This document shows positions 10,219 to 19,822 of a stretch of DNA of 64,000 bases, in pieces. This DNA comes from an uncultured Bacteroidaceae bacterium (GTDB taxonomy: Bacteria > Bacteroidota > Bacteroidia > Bacteroidales > SM23-62): positions 886 to 64,885 of the forward strand of contig CAYOPZ010000013.1 in assembly GCA_964406005.1 (NCBI GenBank), given 5' to 3'. A program made the position numbers and the translations under genes. Every line of letters starts with the position of its first letter. The stretch's first letter is position 1. A model generated the notes under the pieces. The model made no database searches and had not been told where the DNA came from. It was given only the letters and a program-made list of their open reading frames with translations.

Positions 10219-10740
10219 ATGAGCAGGATAAGGAAAGTCAACAGGGTAAGCCTTGAAAAAACAGGGGACCTGCTATATTTTAAGGGAGAGCAGGAACCCT
10301 TCACCGGCCAGTACACATATTATTATGAAAACGGCAACAGGGCAGAACGGGCGCAGGTGAAGGACGGACTTCTGGACGGGGAATTATGCATCTGGAATGA
10401 GGAGGGCATTAAAGTCTGCAAAGCGGGATACAGGGAGGGTATCAAGCACGGAAAGGTGATCCTCTGGTATGATGACGGGGTGAAAAAATCCGAGTTTTTT
10501 CTGAATCATGGAAGGAGGGAGGGCAAATTCCTCATGTGGTATGACAACGGGAATAAAAAATTCGAAGCGTGCTACAGGGATGACCGGCTGAACGGAAAAC
10601 AAAAAAAATGGCATGAAAACGGCCGTCTGAATATAGAAGCGAATTACAGGGAGGATATCGAAGAAGGAATGAAAGAAATATGGGAGCCTGACGGACATCT
10701 GATCTTTAAAGGCACATTCGTCAGGGGAAAATTGAAATAA
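10219..10740 (+). CDS. MORN-variant repeat protein (YwqK-like)
   Basis: Repeated [WY]x[ED]NG.K..E..Y.[DN]G...G units. Confidence 0.85.
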   Translation: MSRIRKVNRVSLEKTGDLLYFKGEQEPFTGQYTYYYENGNRAERAQVKDGLLDGELCIWNEEGIKVCKAGYREGIKHGKVILWYDDGVKKSEFFLNHGRREGKFLMWYDNGNKKFEACYRDDRLNGKQKKWHENGRLNIEANYREDIEEGMKEIWEPDGHLIFKGTFVRGKLK

Positions 10741-10879
10741 CCTGCCGAAAAAACAACAATTCATTGATTTATTAAGAAAAATCAGGGGGATGACATAAAA
10801 TACTATACTTAATTATTTATTAAGTGCCCAAAATATTTATAAAAACAATGAGAAAATTATCAATTTTCATATTTATTGT

Positions 10880-10887
10880 TATTTTTG
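10880..10887 (+). promoter_or_regulatory. -7 element TATTTTTG of the glnA promoter
   Basis: TAnnTTTG match in the AT-rich intergenic region upstream of glnA. Confidence 0.5.
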
Positions 10888-10963
10888 AGCCGGAATTGAA
10901 GCAAAAATATTTCCAGAGGCAGAATGAAAGACATTTATCATTAGTAACCTTAAAAATTTAACA

Positions 10964-12388
10964 ATGGAAGAGCTCAAGACACCAAAAGATTTTTTTGAAT
11001 TCGCTAAAACGGCAGGTGCCGAAATGGTAGACCTGAAATTTGTCGACCTGCTCGGTACCTGGCAGCACTGTTCCTTCCCGGTTGAAACATGGGACGAGGG
11101 AACATTCAGGGACGGCGTTGGATTCGACGGATCATCCATCAGGGGCTGGCAGGGAATTCACATGTCAGATATGCTTGCCGTGCCGGATATCGCCACGGCG
11201 AGGATAGACCCGTTTTTTACAGAACCGACTGTCAGCGTCATCGCCAATATCGTAGACCCCATAACGAACGAAAAATACAGCAGGGATCCGAGGCATGTTG
11301 CTCAAAAAGGGGCAGACTACCTGAAATCTACAGGGATCGCTGATAAGGCCTATGTCGGTCCCGAACCCGAGTTTTTCATATTTGACGAGATCCGGTTTGA
11401 CCAGACCACGAACATGGGATTCTACCAGATTGATTCCGTGGAAGGAGCCTGGAATACAAATCGTATTGAAGAACCCAATCTCGGGTATAAACCAAGTTAC
11501 AAAGGCGGTTATTTTCCTGTGAGTCCAACAGATACATACGGTGATCTGAGGTCTGAGATGGTGAATGTCATGAGAAAAATAGGCATAACTGTTGAAGCAC
11601 ACCACCATGAAGTCGGAACCGGCGGTCAGGCTGAAATAGATATGCAGTATGCGGATCTGCTGACCATGTCGGATCAGTTCATGTGGTACAAGTATATCAT
11701 CAAGAATGTTGCTCTCAAGCATGGGAAAACGGTTACGTTCATGCCCAAACCAATATTTGAGGACAATGGAAGCGGGATGCATACCCATTTCTCCCTCTGG
11801 AAAGGCAACAGCAATGTTTTTGCAGGTGACGGTTATGCAGGACTCAGCCAGCTGGCGTTGTGGGGAATAGGGGGATTGCTGAAGCATGCGGCGTCCCTCC
11901 TGGCTTTTGCAGCTCCCACGTCCAATTCTTACAGGCGTCTTGTGCCCGGGTTTGAAGCTCCGGTGAATCTTGCATATTCCCAGCGGAACCGTTCTGCTGC
12001 GGTCAGGATCCCCATGTACCACACGAATCCCAAAACAAAGCGTTTCGAATTCCGTTGTCCGGATCCTTCGACAAACGGTTACCTGATGTTTACGGCCATT
12101 ATGATGGCCGTTCTGGATGGCATAGAGAAAAAGATTGACCCGGGAAAGCCCCTGGATAAGGATATCTATGCAATGACGGCGAAGGAACTCTCCAGGATAC
12201 CGACGGTTCCGGGTTCCCTTGCAGACTCACTCCAGGCACTTGAGAAGGATCATGCATTCCTGACAAAGGGGTCTGTGTTCACGGATGACCTGATCGAAAT
12301 GTATATCAGTTATAAGATGGAAAATGAGGTCAACGAGCTGGCGCTGCGTCCTCACCCGTTTGAGTTCTTCCTCTACTACGACGCTTAG
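10964..12388 (+). CDS. glnA: Glutamine synthetase type I (beta)
   Basis: [62 protein letters not shown] and RPHPFEF..YYD motifs. Confidence 0.97.
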   Translation: MEELKTPKDFFEFAKTAGAEMVDLKFVDLLGTWQHCSFPVETWDEGTFRDGVGFDGSSIRGWQGIHMSDMLAVPDIATARIDPFFTEPTVSVIANIVDPITNEKYSRDPRHVAQKGADYLKSTGIADKAYVGPEPEFFIFDEIRFDQTTNMGFYQIDSVEGAWNTNRIEEPNLGYKPSYKGGYFPVSPTDTYGDLRSEMVNVMRKIGITVEAHHHEVGTGGQAEIDMQYADLLTMSDQFMWYKYIIKNVALKHGKTVTFMPKPIFEDNGSGMHTHFSLWKGNSNVFAGDGYAGLSQLALWGIGGLLKHAASLLAFAAPTSNSYRRLVPGFEAPVNLAYSQRNRSAAVRIPMYHTNPKTKRFEFRCPDPSTNGYLMFTAIMMAVLDGIEKKIDPGKPLDKDIYAMTAKELSRIPTVPGSLADSLQALEKDHAFLTKGSVFTDDLIEMYISYKMENEVNELALRPHPFEFFLYYDA

Positions 12389-12425
12389 GTTGGTAATGAC
12401 GGCTCCCCGGACGGGGAGCATGAAG

Positions 12426-12458
12426 AACCCGGCCTGCCTTGCAGAGCCGGGTTTTTTT
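12426..12458 (+). terminator. Intrinsic terminator after glnA
   Basis: AACCCGGC-CTGC-CTT-GCAG-A-GCCGGGTT stem followed by a T-run; a second hairpin GCTCCCCG/CGGGGAGC lies at about 12402-12419. Confidence 0.8.
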
Positions 12459-12471
12459 ACAACTGCCTTGT

Positions 12472-13245
12472 TTACCGGCCGGCAGGGCCCTCCAGTATTT
12501 CTTTGGCCGTATGATAGCCAAGGGCATACAATTTTTTCCTCTGCCTGTTTCCGAGGAATCCGAACCTTGTTATCTTCTGCGGTTCAATAAGAAGTTCGCA
12601 TTGGTTTTTGTACGTTTTATTCCCGGCGTTACCGGCATGCAGATGCATGGTCGCGGAAAAGATCGTCTTAAGCCTTCCGGATTGCAGGATACCGCCTCCG
12701 GGCATGAGGTTGATTCCGACAATCCTGTCGCAGAGATCCCTGATGGGGGCAACCGGGAAATTATCCATGATCCCCCCGTCGGAAAACAGTTCCCCGTTGA
12801 TTTTTACAGGTGTGAACAGCCCCGGAATGCTTGCCGATGCCACGATGTAATCCTCGAGAGGACCTTCATGCATATATTCGGCTCTTTTCCTGCTGAGGTT
12901 GGTTACGGTCACGTAAAGGGGCTTCTCCAGTTCTTCGAACCGGCGTGCCCGGACATATTTCCGGAGCGGCTTCCGGAGCCCGCCGAGATCCAGAAGGCCT
13001 TTCCTGAAGACCACGGGACGGGAAATCCTCATAAGCCTGTACCGGCTTAATATCTTGAATATTTCATCCGGTGCGTAACCGTCGGCATACAGGACGCCGA
13101 CGATGGAACCCACGCTGGTTCCTGCAATCATATCCGCCTCGATCCCATGCTCTTCCAGTGCCCTGATGGCCCCGATATGCGCATATCCGCGGGTGCCTCC
13201 GCCGCTCAGAACGAGTCCTGTAATCAAACTGTTTTTTGTCTCCAT
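12472..13245 (-). CDS. Patatin-like phospholipase
   Basis: LSGGGTRGYAHIG, GTSVG nucleophile elbow and DGG motifs. Confidence 0.93.
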   Translation of the reverse strand: METKNSLITGLVLSGGGTRGYAHIGAIRALEEHGIEADMIAGTSVGSIVGVLYADGYAPDEIFKILSRYRLMRISRPVVFRKGLLDLGGLRKPLRKYVRARRFEELEKPLYVTVTNLSRKRAEYMHEGPLEDYIVASASIPGLFTPVKINGELFSDGGIMDNFPVAPIRDLCDRIVGINLMPGGGILQSGRLKTIFSATMHLHAGNAGNKTYKNQCELLIEPQKITRFGFLGNRQRKKLYALGYHTAKEILEGPAGR

Positions 13246-14648
13246 TTTCCCTTTTTGAATAAAATTGCCGCAATTACGGCCATCGCCGATTCAGATACAA
13301 TAACGGCCAGATATACCCCGGTTTCCTCAATACCCGTATGGATGGCAAGCAGGTAGGCAAGCGGGATTTCCAGCATCCAGAAGCAGAAAAAATTGATCAG
13401 GGTGGGAGTCCCTGTATCGCCGGCACCGTTAAGGGCCTGTACCATTACCATTCCCATGGCATAGAATAAGAATCCGCAGGAAATGATCCGCAGACATATC
13501 CCGCCGGTACTTACAACGAGAGGATCCGCAATAAAAATGCCAATAAAGAAGGATGGTGAGAGAACAAATACCACGGACATAATCCCCATGAAGATCATAT
13601 TGGCTTTTGCCGTGAGCCAGACAGACCTTTGGGCCCTGTCGGGGTTATTTGCACCCAGGTTCTGTCCGACAAGTGTTGCTGCCGCATTGCTGAGCCCCCA
13701 GGAAGGCAACAGGGTGAATAATACAATGCGTATTGCAATCGTGTACCCTGCGATCACCTCGCTGCCGAATACTGCAATGATCCTTACAAGCCCGATCCAG
13801 CTGATGGTGGCGATGAGTGTCTGCCCTATGCCTCCGAGAGACAGTCGGATAAGCTTCAGCAGTATTTTCCACTCAACATAGAGGTGCCTGGTTAAAAGCC
13901 GTACCCTGCCCCTGCCGCTGAAAAGGAGATAGAACTGGTATGCCACCCCTGTACCCCTGCCAATGGTAGTGGCAATGGCCGCCCCCCTGATCCCGAGTTC
14001 GGGGAAAGGCCCTATGCCCAGGATCAGCATGGGATCGAGCAAAATATTAAGCAGGTTGGCCACAAACAGGATCCGCATGGAAATGGCTGCATCTCCGGAA
14101 CTCCTGAATACTGCGTTGATGATGAACAGCAGCATGATGATCCCGTTGCTGCCCAGTACAATGGCGGTGTACATGAACCCATCCCTGACCATCTCATCCC
14201 CGGCACCCATAAGGTCAAGAAGATGTGAGGCAAAAACGGCTCCCGGGATGGCTATAAGCAGGGAAACCAGAATGCCGGCTGCAATGGCCTGGAAAGCCAC
14301 AACCGATGCGCCCTCATGGTTCTTTTCCCCGATGCGTCTGGATACCAGGGCTGTGGTCCCGACGGCCAGTCCCATTCCTATGGCATAAACAATGGTCATC
14401 AGCGATTCCGTGATGCCCACCGTTGCCACGGCACTGGCACCGAGTTTTGAAACAAAGAATATATCCACCACCGCAAATACGGATTCCATGGTCATCTCAA
14501 GGACCATGGGAATCGCCAGCAACAGGATGGCTTTTTTAATGCTGCCTTCGGTGAAATCACGATCCGTACCGGTGATGGATTCAAGTATGTCATTCCTTAA
14601 TTGCCTGAATCGTTTTCCGGGACTCATGTTTTTAACTGTTTGCGCCAT
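13224..14648 (-). CDS. MATE-family efflux transporter (start 14648 or 14627)
   Basis: LAIPMVLEM..ES.FAVVD.FFV, NILLDP.LI.G and GAAIAT motifs; about 12 TM helices. Confidence 0.92.
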   Translation of the reverse strand: MAQTVKNMSPGKRFRQLRNDILESITGTDRDFTEGSIKKAILLLAIPMVLEMTMESVFAVVDIFFVSKLGASAVATVGITESLMTIVYAIGMGLAVGTTALVSRRIGEKNHEGASVVAFQAIAAGILVSLLIAIPGAVFASHLLDLMGAGDEMVRDGFMYTAIVLGSNGIIMLLFIINAVFRSSGDAAISMRILFVANLLNILLDPMLILGIGPFPELGIRGAAIATTIGRGTGVAYQFYLLFSGRGRVRLLTRHLYVEWKILLKLIRLSLGGIGQTLIATISWIGLVRIIAVFGSEVIAGYTIAIRIVLFTLLPSWGLSNAAATLVGQNLGANNPDRAQRSVWLTAKANMIFMGIMSVVFVLSPSFFIGIFIADPLVVSTGGICLRIISCGFLFYAMGMVMVQALNGAGDTGTPTLINFFCFWMLEIPLAYLLAIHTGIEETGVYLAVIVSESAMAVIAAILFKKGKWRQKTV

Positions 14649-14686
14649 AAGAATTTGTGAAAATACAAAAAGTAAATCCTTTTTAA

Positions 14687-14694
14687 TAAATTTG
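14687..14694 (+). promoter_or_regulatory. -7 element TAAATTTG
   Basis: TAnnTTTG match 41 nt upstream of the ATG at 14735. Confidence 0.5.
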
Positions 14695-14734
14695 TCCAAC
14701 GGATAAAATAATAATCACAAAAACCCATCTGGTC

Positions 14735-15352
14735 ATGAAAAGAAACATTACATTATTACTGGTACTGACCGTTTTCATTCCGGTTGTGAATGCACAATTC
14801 AATACGAACTCCAAAATGGTCGGTGCCTCAAGTTCTCTCGATTTCGGAATTTCTTCGCAAAAAGACGATGTCAGCGGTGAAAAAACACCTATGACGAGAT
14901 TTGACCTGAACCCGAGGGCGGGGTATTTCTTACGCAACAGAATTGCGCTGGGCGGAGATATCTATTTGTCATACAGCAGTGAAAAGCCGGAAGGTTATAT
15001 TGACCCGATAACCAGTACCGGCTGGAGACTGGGGCCTTACGGCAGGTATTACTACAAGACGGTCTCCTGGTTCGTTCCCTTCGGCGAGGCGAAAACAGGT
15101 TTCGGCGGTGACAAAATAAGCTACGGCGAAGGCTCTGAAACCAAGCACAATGTATTTTATTTCGGGCTGGGAGCGGGAGCTTCACTGTTCCTGGCAGATA
15201 ATTTTTCGCTTGAGGCTTTGCTGATGTATCAGTACGAGAAAGCCAAAAATCCGGAGGGAGGGGGCAGCCATACAACCAACGGGGTGATGGTGAGCTTCGG
15301 ATTTTCCTTCTATTTCAATTCGCTCCTGCAGGATACAGGAGGGACGCGGTAG
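14735..15352 (+). CDS. Outer-membrane beta-barrel protein (8-stranded type)
   Basis: Signal peptide ending VNA-Q, alternating amphipathic beta strands, C-terminal FGFSFYF. Confidence 0.8.
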   Translation: MKRNITLLLVLTVFIPVVNAQFNTNSKMVGASSSLDFGISSQKDDVSGEKTPMTRFDLNPRAGYFLRNRIALGGDIYLSYSSEKPEGYIDPITSTGWRLGPYGRYYYKTVSWFVPFGEAKTGFGGDKISYGEGSETKHNVFYFGLGAGASLFLADNFSLEALLMYQYEKAKNPEGGGSHTTNGVMVSFGFSFYFNSLLQDTGGTR

Positions 15353-15368
15353 AAGAATTGTTCCGTTT

Positions 15369-16220
15369 ATGAAAATACTTTTTAACAGCAAATTTCTCCA
15401 CCATAATCCGGACAGTTTTGCTGAGGGACCTTACAGGATGGAAGCTTTTCTTTCCCGGACGGACGAAGTTGACGCAGACGGTGAATCCTTCATTAACCTT
15501 GTTCACAGCAAAAAACACCTTCAACAGGTCAGGAATGCATGCATGAACCGGCAGGTGCTTGCAGAGGTTCAGCTTTTGCCGGAAAGTTATGAAGCGGCAT
15601 GTTCTGCGGTGGGATTAACGATCATGGCTGCGGAACAGGGAGATTTTGCTGTGGTTCGTCCTCCGGGCCATCATGCCAAACCGGACAGGGCAGATGGATT
15701 CTGCCTGTTCAATAACATATCCATTGCCGTGCAAAAACTGGTGAACGAGGGGAAAAAGGTGTTTATCCTTGATATAGACGGTCATCATGGAGACGGGACG
15801 CAACAGATTTTTTACCATTCCGACAGGGTTTTGTATTGTTCCGTTCATCAACAGTATGCATATCCGTGGACCGGAGGGGCAGGGGAGACGGGTGAAGGCC
15901 CCGGAAAGGGCTTTAACTTGAATTTTCCCCTGCCAGCCGGGTCAGGCGACAGGGAACTTCTGGAAGCAGTTGATTCAGCCATCCGGAAAGCCGGGGCTTT
16001 CCAGCCGGATATAACCGGCGTTTCAGCAGGTTTTGACGGGTATCTCGAGGACCGGATCCTTGGATTGAATTATACTCAGGATGCTTATTATCAATGTGGT
16101 AACAAGCTCGGACATGCATTCAGGAAGATTTTTGCAGTACTGGAAGGGGGATATCATACAGACCTTAAAAAGTGTGTGGATATTTTCATTAAGGGAGTGA
16201 ATGAGGCGTCCGGAATTTAA
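15369..16220 (+). CDS. Histone deacetylase/AcuC-like Zn-dependent deacetylase
   Basis: RPPGHHA, GFCLFNN, DIDGHHGDGTQ, SAGFD and LEGGY motifs. Confidence 0.93.
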   Translation: MKILFNSKFLHHNPDSFAEGPYRMEAFLSRTDEVDADGESFINLVHSKKHLQQVRNACMNRQVLAEVQLLPESYEAACSAVGLTIMAAEQGDFAVVRPPGHHAKPDRADGFCLFNNISIAVQKLVNEGKKVFILDIDGHHGDGTQQIFYHSDRVLYCSVHQQYAYPWTGGAGETGEGPGKGFNLNFPLPAGSGDRELLEAVDSAIRKAGAFQPDITGVSAGFDGYLEDRILGLNYTQDAYYQCGNKLGHAFRKIFAVLEGGYHTDLKKCVDIFIKGVNEASGI

Positions 16221-16260
16221 AAAGGTATTTTTTTAGGAAGAAATTGATTATTTTTACATT

Positions 16261-16635
16261 ATGGAAGCAATTTCCATTCAAGGGACACATAAAACCCCGA
16301 GTATCGTTTTCAATTCCGAACAGGGATTGCTTGAAATCAAGGGAAGATCAAATCCTGAGAATTCAAAAGTATTTTACAATCCCCTGCTGGACTGGGTAGA
16401 GACTTATGTCAGCAATCCGCCCGAAAAGACAACGGTCAATGTCCAGTTGGAACATTTCAACACAATTTCCTCGAAAAGCCTGCTCGATCTGTTCAGAAGG
16501 CTGAAAACAATTATAAAGCTGAACAAGGAGGTGACCATCAACTGGTATTACGAAAGGGATGATGAAGACATTCTGGATGCCGGGAAGAATTATGAAAACA
16601 TCACAGGCATACCGTTTTATCTGATTCCTTATTAA
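16261..16635 (+). CDS. SiaC-family regulatory phosphoprotein (DUF1987)
   Basis: T.KTP.I.F, GRSNPEN...FY.P, LEHFNT.SSK and INWYY..DDED motifs. Confidence 0.88.
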   Translation: MEAISIQGTHKTPSIVFNSEQGLLEIKGRSNPENSKVFYNPLLDWVETYVSNPPEKTTVNVQLEHFNTISSKSLLDLFRRLKTIIKLNKEVTINWYYERDDEDILDAGKNYENITGIPFYLIPY

Positions 16636-16688
16636 CAGGGATGATTCCGTCCTGATCCGCCTGCAAGCAATCCTTTACCCTGAGTACA

Positions 16689-19600
16689 TTACCAGCCCGG
16701 TGTAAAATTCACACCGAAGACACCATGGTTCCAGCCTCCGTTCTGCAATGGTATTGCATAAAAAGGTTCTATTACCAGATAACCCAGTACATTGATCCGC
16801 AGGCTGGTCCCTGTGCTGAAGACAGGTATCTTTTCTGTTGGTGAGTCCGTTTGCCATTTCAGGCTGGGCGGCTGATCTGAATTCCATGCCAGCCCCCCAT
16901 CGAAAAAGAAATTCAGGTCGGTGTACAGATATTTTGACTGGATCAGTGACAGGCTCCGGGGTCCGGTCATGGGAACCCGGAATTCCGCATTGCCGACAAG
17001 CATCCTGGAACCTGTAAGCTGGTCGATATTCAGTGTTTTCCGGTCCGCGCTGGATGCATTATAGAATGAACTGTTGTCATATCCCCTTACCAGCCATGGA
17101 TAACCTATGAACAAAGGAGATATAAGGTTGCTTTCCGCTTCTCTTCCATACCGTCCGTAATGGTAAAGCCTGAAGGACAGGTTAACCGGTTTTATGAAGA
17201 AGTACTTCCGGTAATCCATGACCGCCGAGTAAAATCCGAGTGCGCCGAAGTTTTTTGCGATTTGCAGTCTTGAACGGTGTCCCTGCATCGGGGAGGTGGT
17301 CCCGAAGTATGAATTATCCTCAACGTAGGCCAGATCGACCTGCTGGAGGTTGAATCCCCGTGGGGAGGGCCGCTTTTCCTTGCTTGCACCGATCAGGATC
17401 CCGTTGTCTGCAAAATAATTATTATACCGGTCAATCCGGTAATAATACAAGGATGCAGATGCTCCCGCTTCCAGCCTCCTGGTCCGGGAGATAGGGTAGT
17501 ACGAAAACACCGATATCTGGTCCTGGAACATTCTGACCAGGTCGGTCATGTAATTGTTAACCGGGTATTTTTCGCTTTTGATCGTCAGTGTATCCCTTTG
17601 ATAGCCTGAGTAACCGGTTCTGTAAGGAATATGAGAAACAGAGGCTCCCCAGTTGATCTTGTTCTTTGTCTGGATGTAAGCCACCTGTCCCCCGAAATCG
17701 AAAACCTCCCCGTTCGCTGCGAGGGCAGCAAACAGCTGGTTGTTCCCTATGATATCGCTGAACATCATGTTCACGCTTCCGGCCAGCCCCGTACCGTATC
17801 TTCCGGCTGAGACACCTGCCTGTACATTTGATATATAATCAAGTTTGAATTTAGGCCGGTAGGGAACCTCCCTGAATGTATCGGAAGAAGTATTGAAAAC
17901 GGGCGGGCGGTTATACAGGCTGGTATCCACAATGTTGGACGAGACATGATTCAGTGGGGGGAGCGTGCAGGCTTCAAGGTTGACATCGTGAGGATCCACT
18001 TCGGTTTCGTTAAATTCTGAAGTACCGGCAACGTAAATCCGGTAACCGTTCTTCCAGTAGTAGGTGTATGAAAGCCGGTCCGAACCGGGAGCCATGCTGA
18101 TGGCAGGGGAATAAGCGGTAATCCCGCTTACCCCGGTCATGTAGTCTGTTAGCCTGTATACTTTCCCGGAACTTAAATCGATTCTGAAGATGTTTCTGAA
18201 TCCGTCTTTGTCGGAAAGGAAAAATACGGATCCGTTATCGCTGGAAAACACGGGATTCAGATTGTCGGCCCCGGGAAAAGCGTCCAATGTGGTCACATTT
18301 TCCGTTTCCAAATCATAAACGGCAATGTCAAATGAAAACTTCTTCCGGTTCTGCTCATGATTCACACGTTCTTTGGCAAATACAATCTTCCTTCCGTCGG
18401 ATGACCATGATGGATGTATGTCTGCACCATAGTCATCGGTTAGTTTTCTGATCTTGCCGGTTTTCAATTCGTAGAGGTACAGGTCGTCCGAACCTTCCCT
18501 CAAACCTGAAACAACAATGCTCTGTCCGTCGGGTGACCAGGCCGGGTTGATGAAAGAAGGCAGATGATCAATCTCAATTTCATCCGTGATCTTGTTTTTT
18601 TCAATGTCAAGTATCGCCAGCTTGTTCATGCCCTGTGAAAAAATGACGAATGCAAATCGTTTTCCGTCGGGTGACCAGCTGCCGGCAGATTCGATAAAAT
18701 TCAGATCGTCTATTTCGTCATTTTTCAGTGTGCTTGCCAGTTTCCTGACAATTTTTCCTTCGGTAATATCATAGAGATACAGGTCAAGTGTGAAAAGGTC
18801 CTTTTCCGAATAAAAGGCGAGGTATCTCCCATCGGGGCTCATGGAAGGAGATACGTTTATCCTGCCTGAATTTTCTCCGGAAAGGATTTCTGTTCCCGTC
18901 AGTCGATCCAGGCTATCTTTCAAATAATCATTAAAACGGACCTGCATGGCGTTTTTCCACATCCCCGAAAAGGTTTCTGCATTTACACCCAGCAAGTTTG
19001 TCAGGGCTTTGTCATATCCGATCCTGGCCGTTTCCCTGAACAAGGGAACGACAATGCTGTCCCCCCAGGTTTTTCCAATTGTGGCCCAGAAGGCCTGTCC
19101 GTAACGGTATGGAAAATATTTTGAGTCTCTTGACAGCTGTTTCAATGTGGGAAAATCGTTGTTGAGCAATGCATCTCTCATCCACATGGCGGTATTCGGA
19201 TCAATGCTTCCGAGAGACAGGTACTCTGCCATCCCTTCAACCATCCATAGAGGGAGATTCTTGAAGGAACCGGCGGTTGAATCGGGTTTTGTAAGTGTTT
19301 TGTACTGAAATGCATGTACCAGCTCATGACCCAGTACATGGTCGGTCTGTGTATGCGTGTATGCAACAGGCATTACCACCCGGTTCTTTAAGCTTTCCGT
19401 CACACCCCCCGTACCCGTTCCGATCAAACCGCTGACCGCATTGGTCTGCTGGAAATCAGCCTGGTTATTATAAAGGATAATGGGATTTTTCCTTTGGAAA
19501 GTATCCCTGAACATTTTCTGGTGCCGGGCATACCATTCCTCTGCCGATACTGCAAGATCGTTGAGCAGGGAATCGTTATCCAGATAATGGTATATCTCAA

Positions 19601-19745
19601 AGTGGGGCGTCTGATAAACATCGAAATCGAAGTCTTTATAACCCACTTTGTTGCGTCCGAAATACTGTGCATCAACTGTTTGTCCGGACAGGATCAGGCA
19701 GCACAGCTGAATTAAAATGATCTGTTGTATCCTGATTTCCTTCAT
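16689..19745 (-). CDS. Zn-peptidase-like + PD40/TolB beta-propeller + Omp85/BamA-like barrel protein
   Basis: QYFGRNKV N-terminus, HELVH and WMVEGMAEY, SPDG/WSPDG repeats, C-terminal barrel strands with RGY and GNAEFRVP. ATG at 19745 gives a signal peptide. Confidence 0.82.
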   Translation of the reverse strand: MKEIRIQQIILIQLCCLILSGQTVDAQYFGRNKVGYKDFDFDVYQTPHFEIYHYLDNDSLLNDLAVSAEEWYARHQKMFRDTFQRKNPIILYNNQADFQQTNAVSGLIGTGTGGVTESLKNRVVMPVAYTHTQTDHVLGHELVHAFQYKTLTKPDSTAGSFKNLPLWMVEGMAEYLSLGSIDPNTAMWMRDALLNNDFPTLKQLSRDSKYFPYRYGQAFWATIGKTWGDSIVVPLFRETARIGYDKALTNLLGVNAETFSGMWKNAMQVRFNDYLKDSLDRLTGTEILSGENSGRINVSPSMSPDGRYLAFYSEKDLFTLDLYLYDITEGKIVRKLASTLKNDEIDDLNFIESAGSWSPDGKRFAFVIFSQGMNKLAILDIEKNKITDEIEIDHLPSFINPAWSPDGQSIVVSGLREGSDDLYLYELKTGKIRKLTDDYGADIHPSWSSDGRKIVFAKERVNHEQNRKKFSFDIAVYDLETENVTTLDAFPGADNLNPVFSSDNGSVFFLSDKDGFRNIFRIDLSSGKVYRLTDYMTGVSGITAYSPAISMAPGSDRLSYTYYWKNGYRIYVAGTSEFNETEVDPHDVNLEACTLPPLNHVSSNIVDTSLYNRPPVFNTSSDTFREVPYRPKFKLDYISNVQAGVSAGRYGTGLAGSVNMMFSDIIGNNQLFAALAANGEVFDFGGQVAYIQTKNKINWGASVSHIPYRTGYSGYQRDTLTIKSEKYPVNNYMTDLVRMFQDQISVFSYYPISRTRRLEAGASASLYYYRIDRYNNYFADNGILIGASKEKRPSPRGFNLQQVDLAYVEDNSYFGTTSPMQGHRSRLQIAKNFGALGFYSAVMDYRKYFFIKPVNLSFRLYHYGRYGREAESNLISPLFIGYPWLVRGYDNSSFYNASSADRKTLNIDQLTGSRMLVGNAEFRVPMTGPRSLSLIQSKYLYTDLNFFFDGGLAWNSDQPPSLKWQTDSPTEKIPVFSTGTSLRINVLGYLVIEPFYAIPLQNGGWNHGVFGVNFTPGW

Positions 19746-19822
19746 GGCATCTTTTCTCAGTAGGCATTTCAAGCCGTGAGAAACCCTCAAAACGTATGCC
19801 AATCAGGTGACTGATTATGGTT

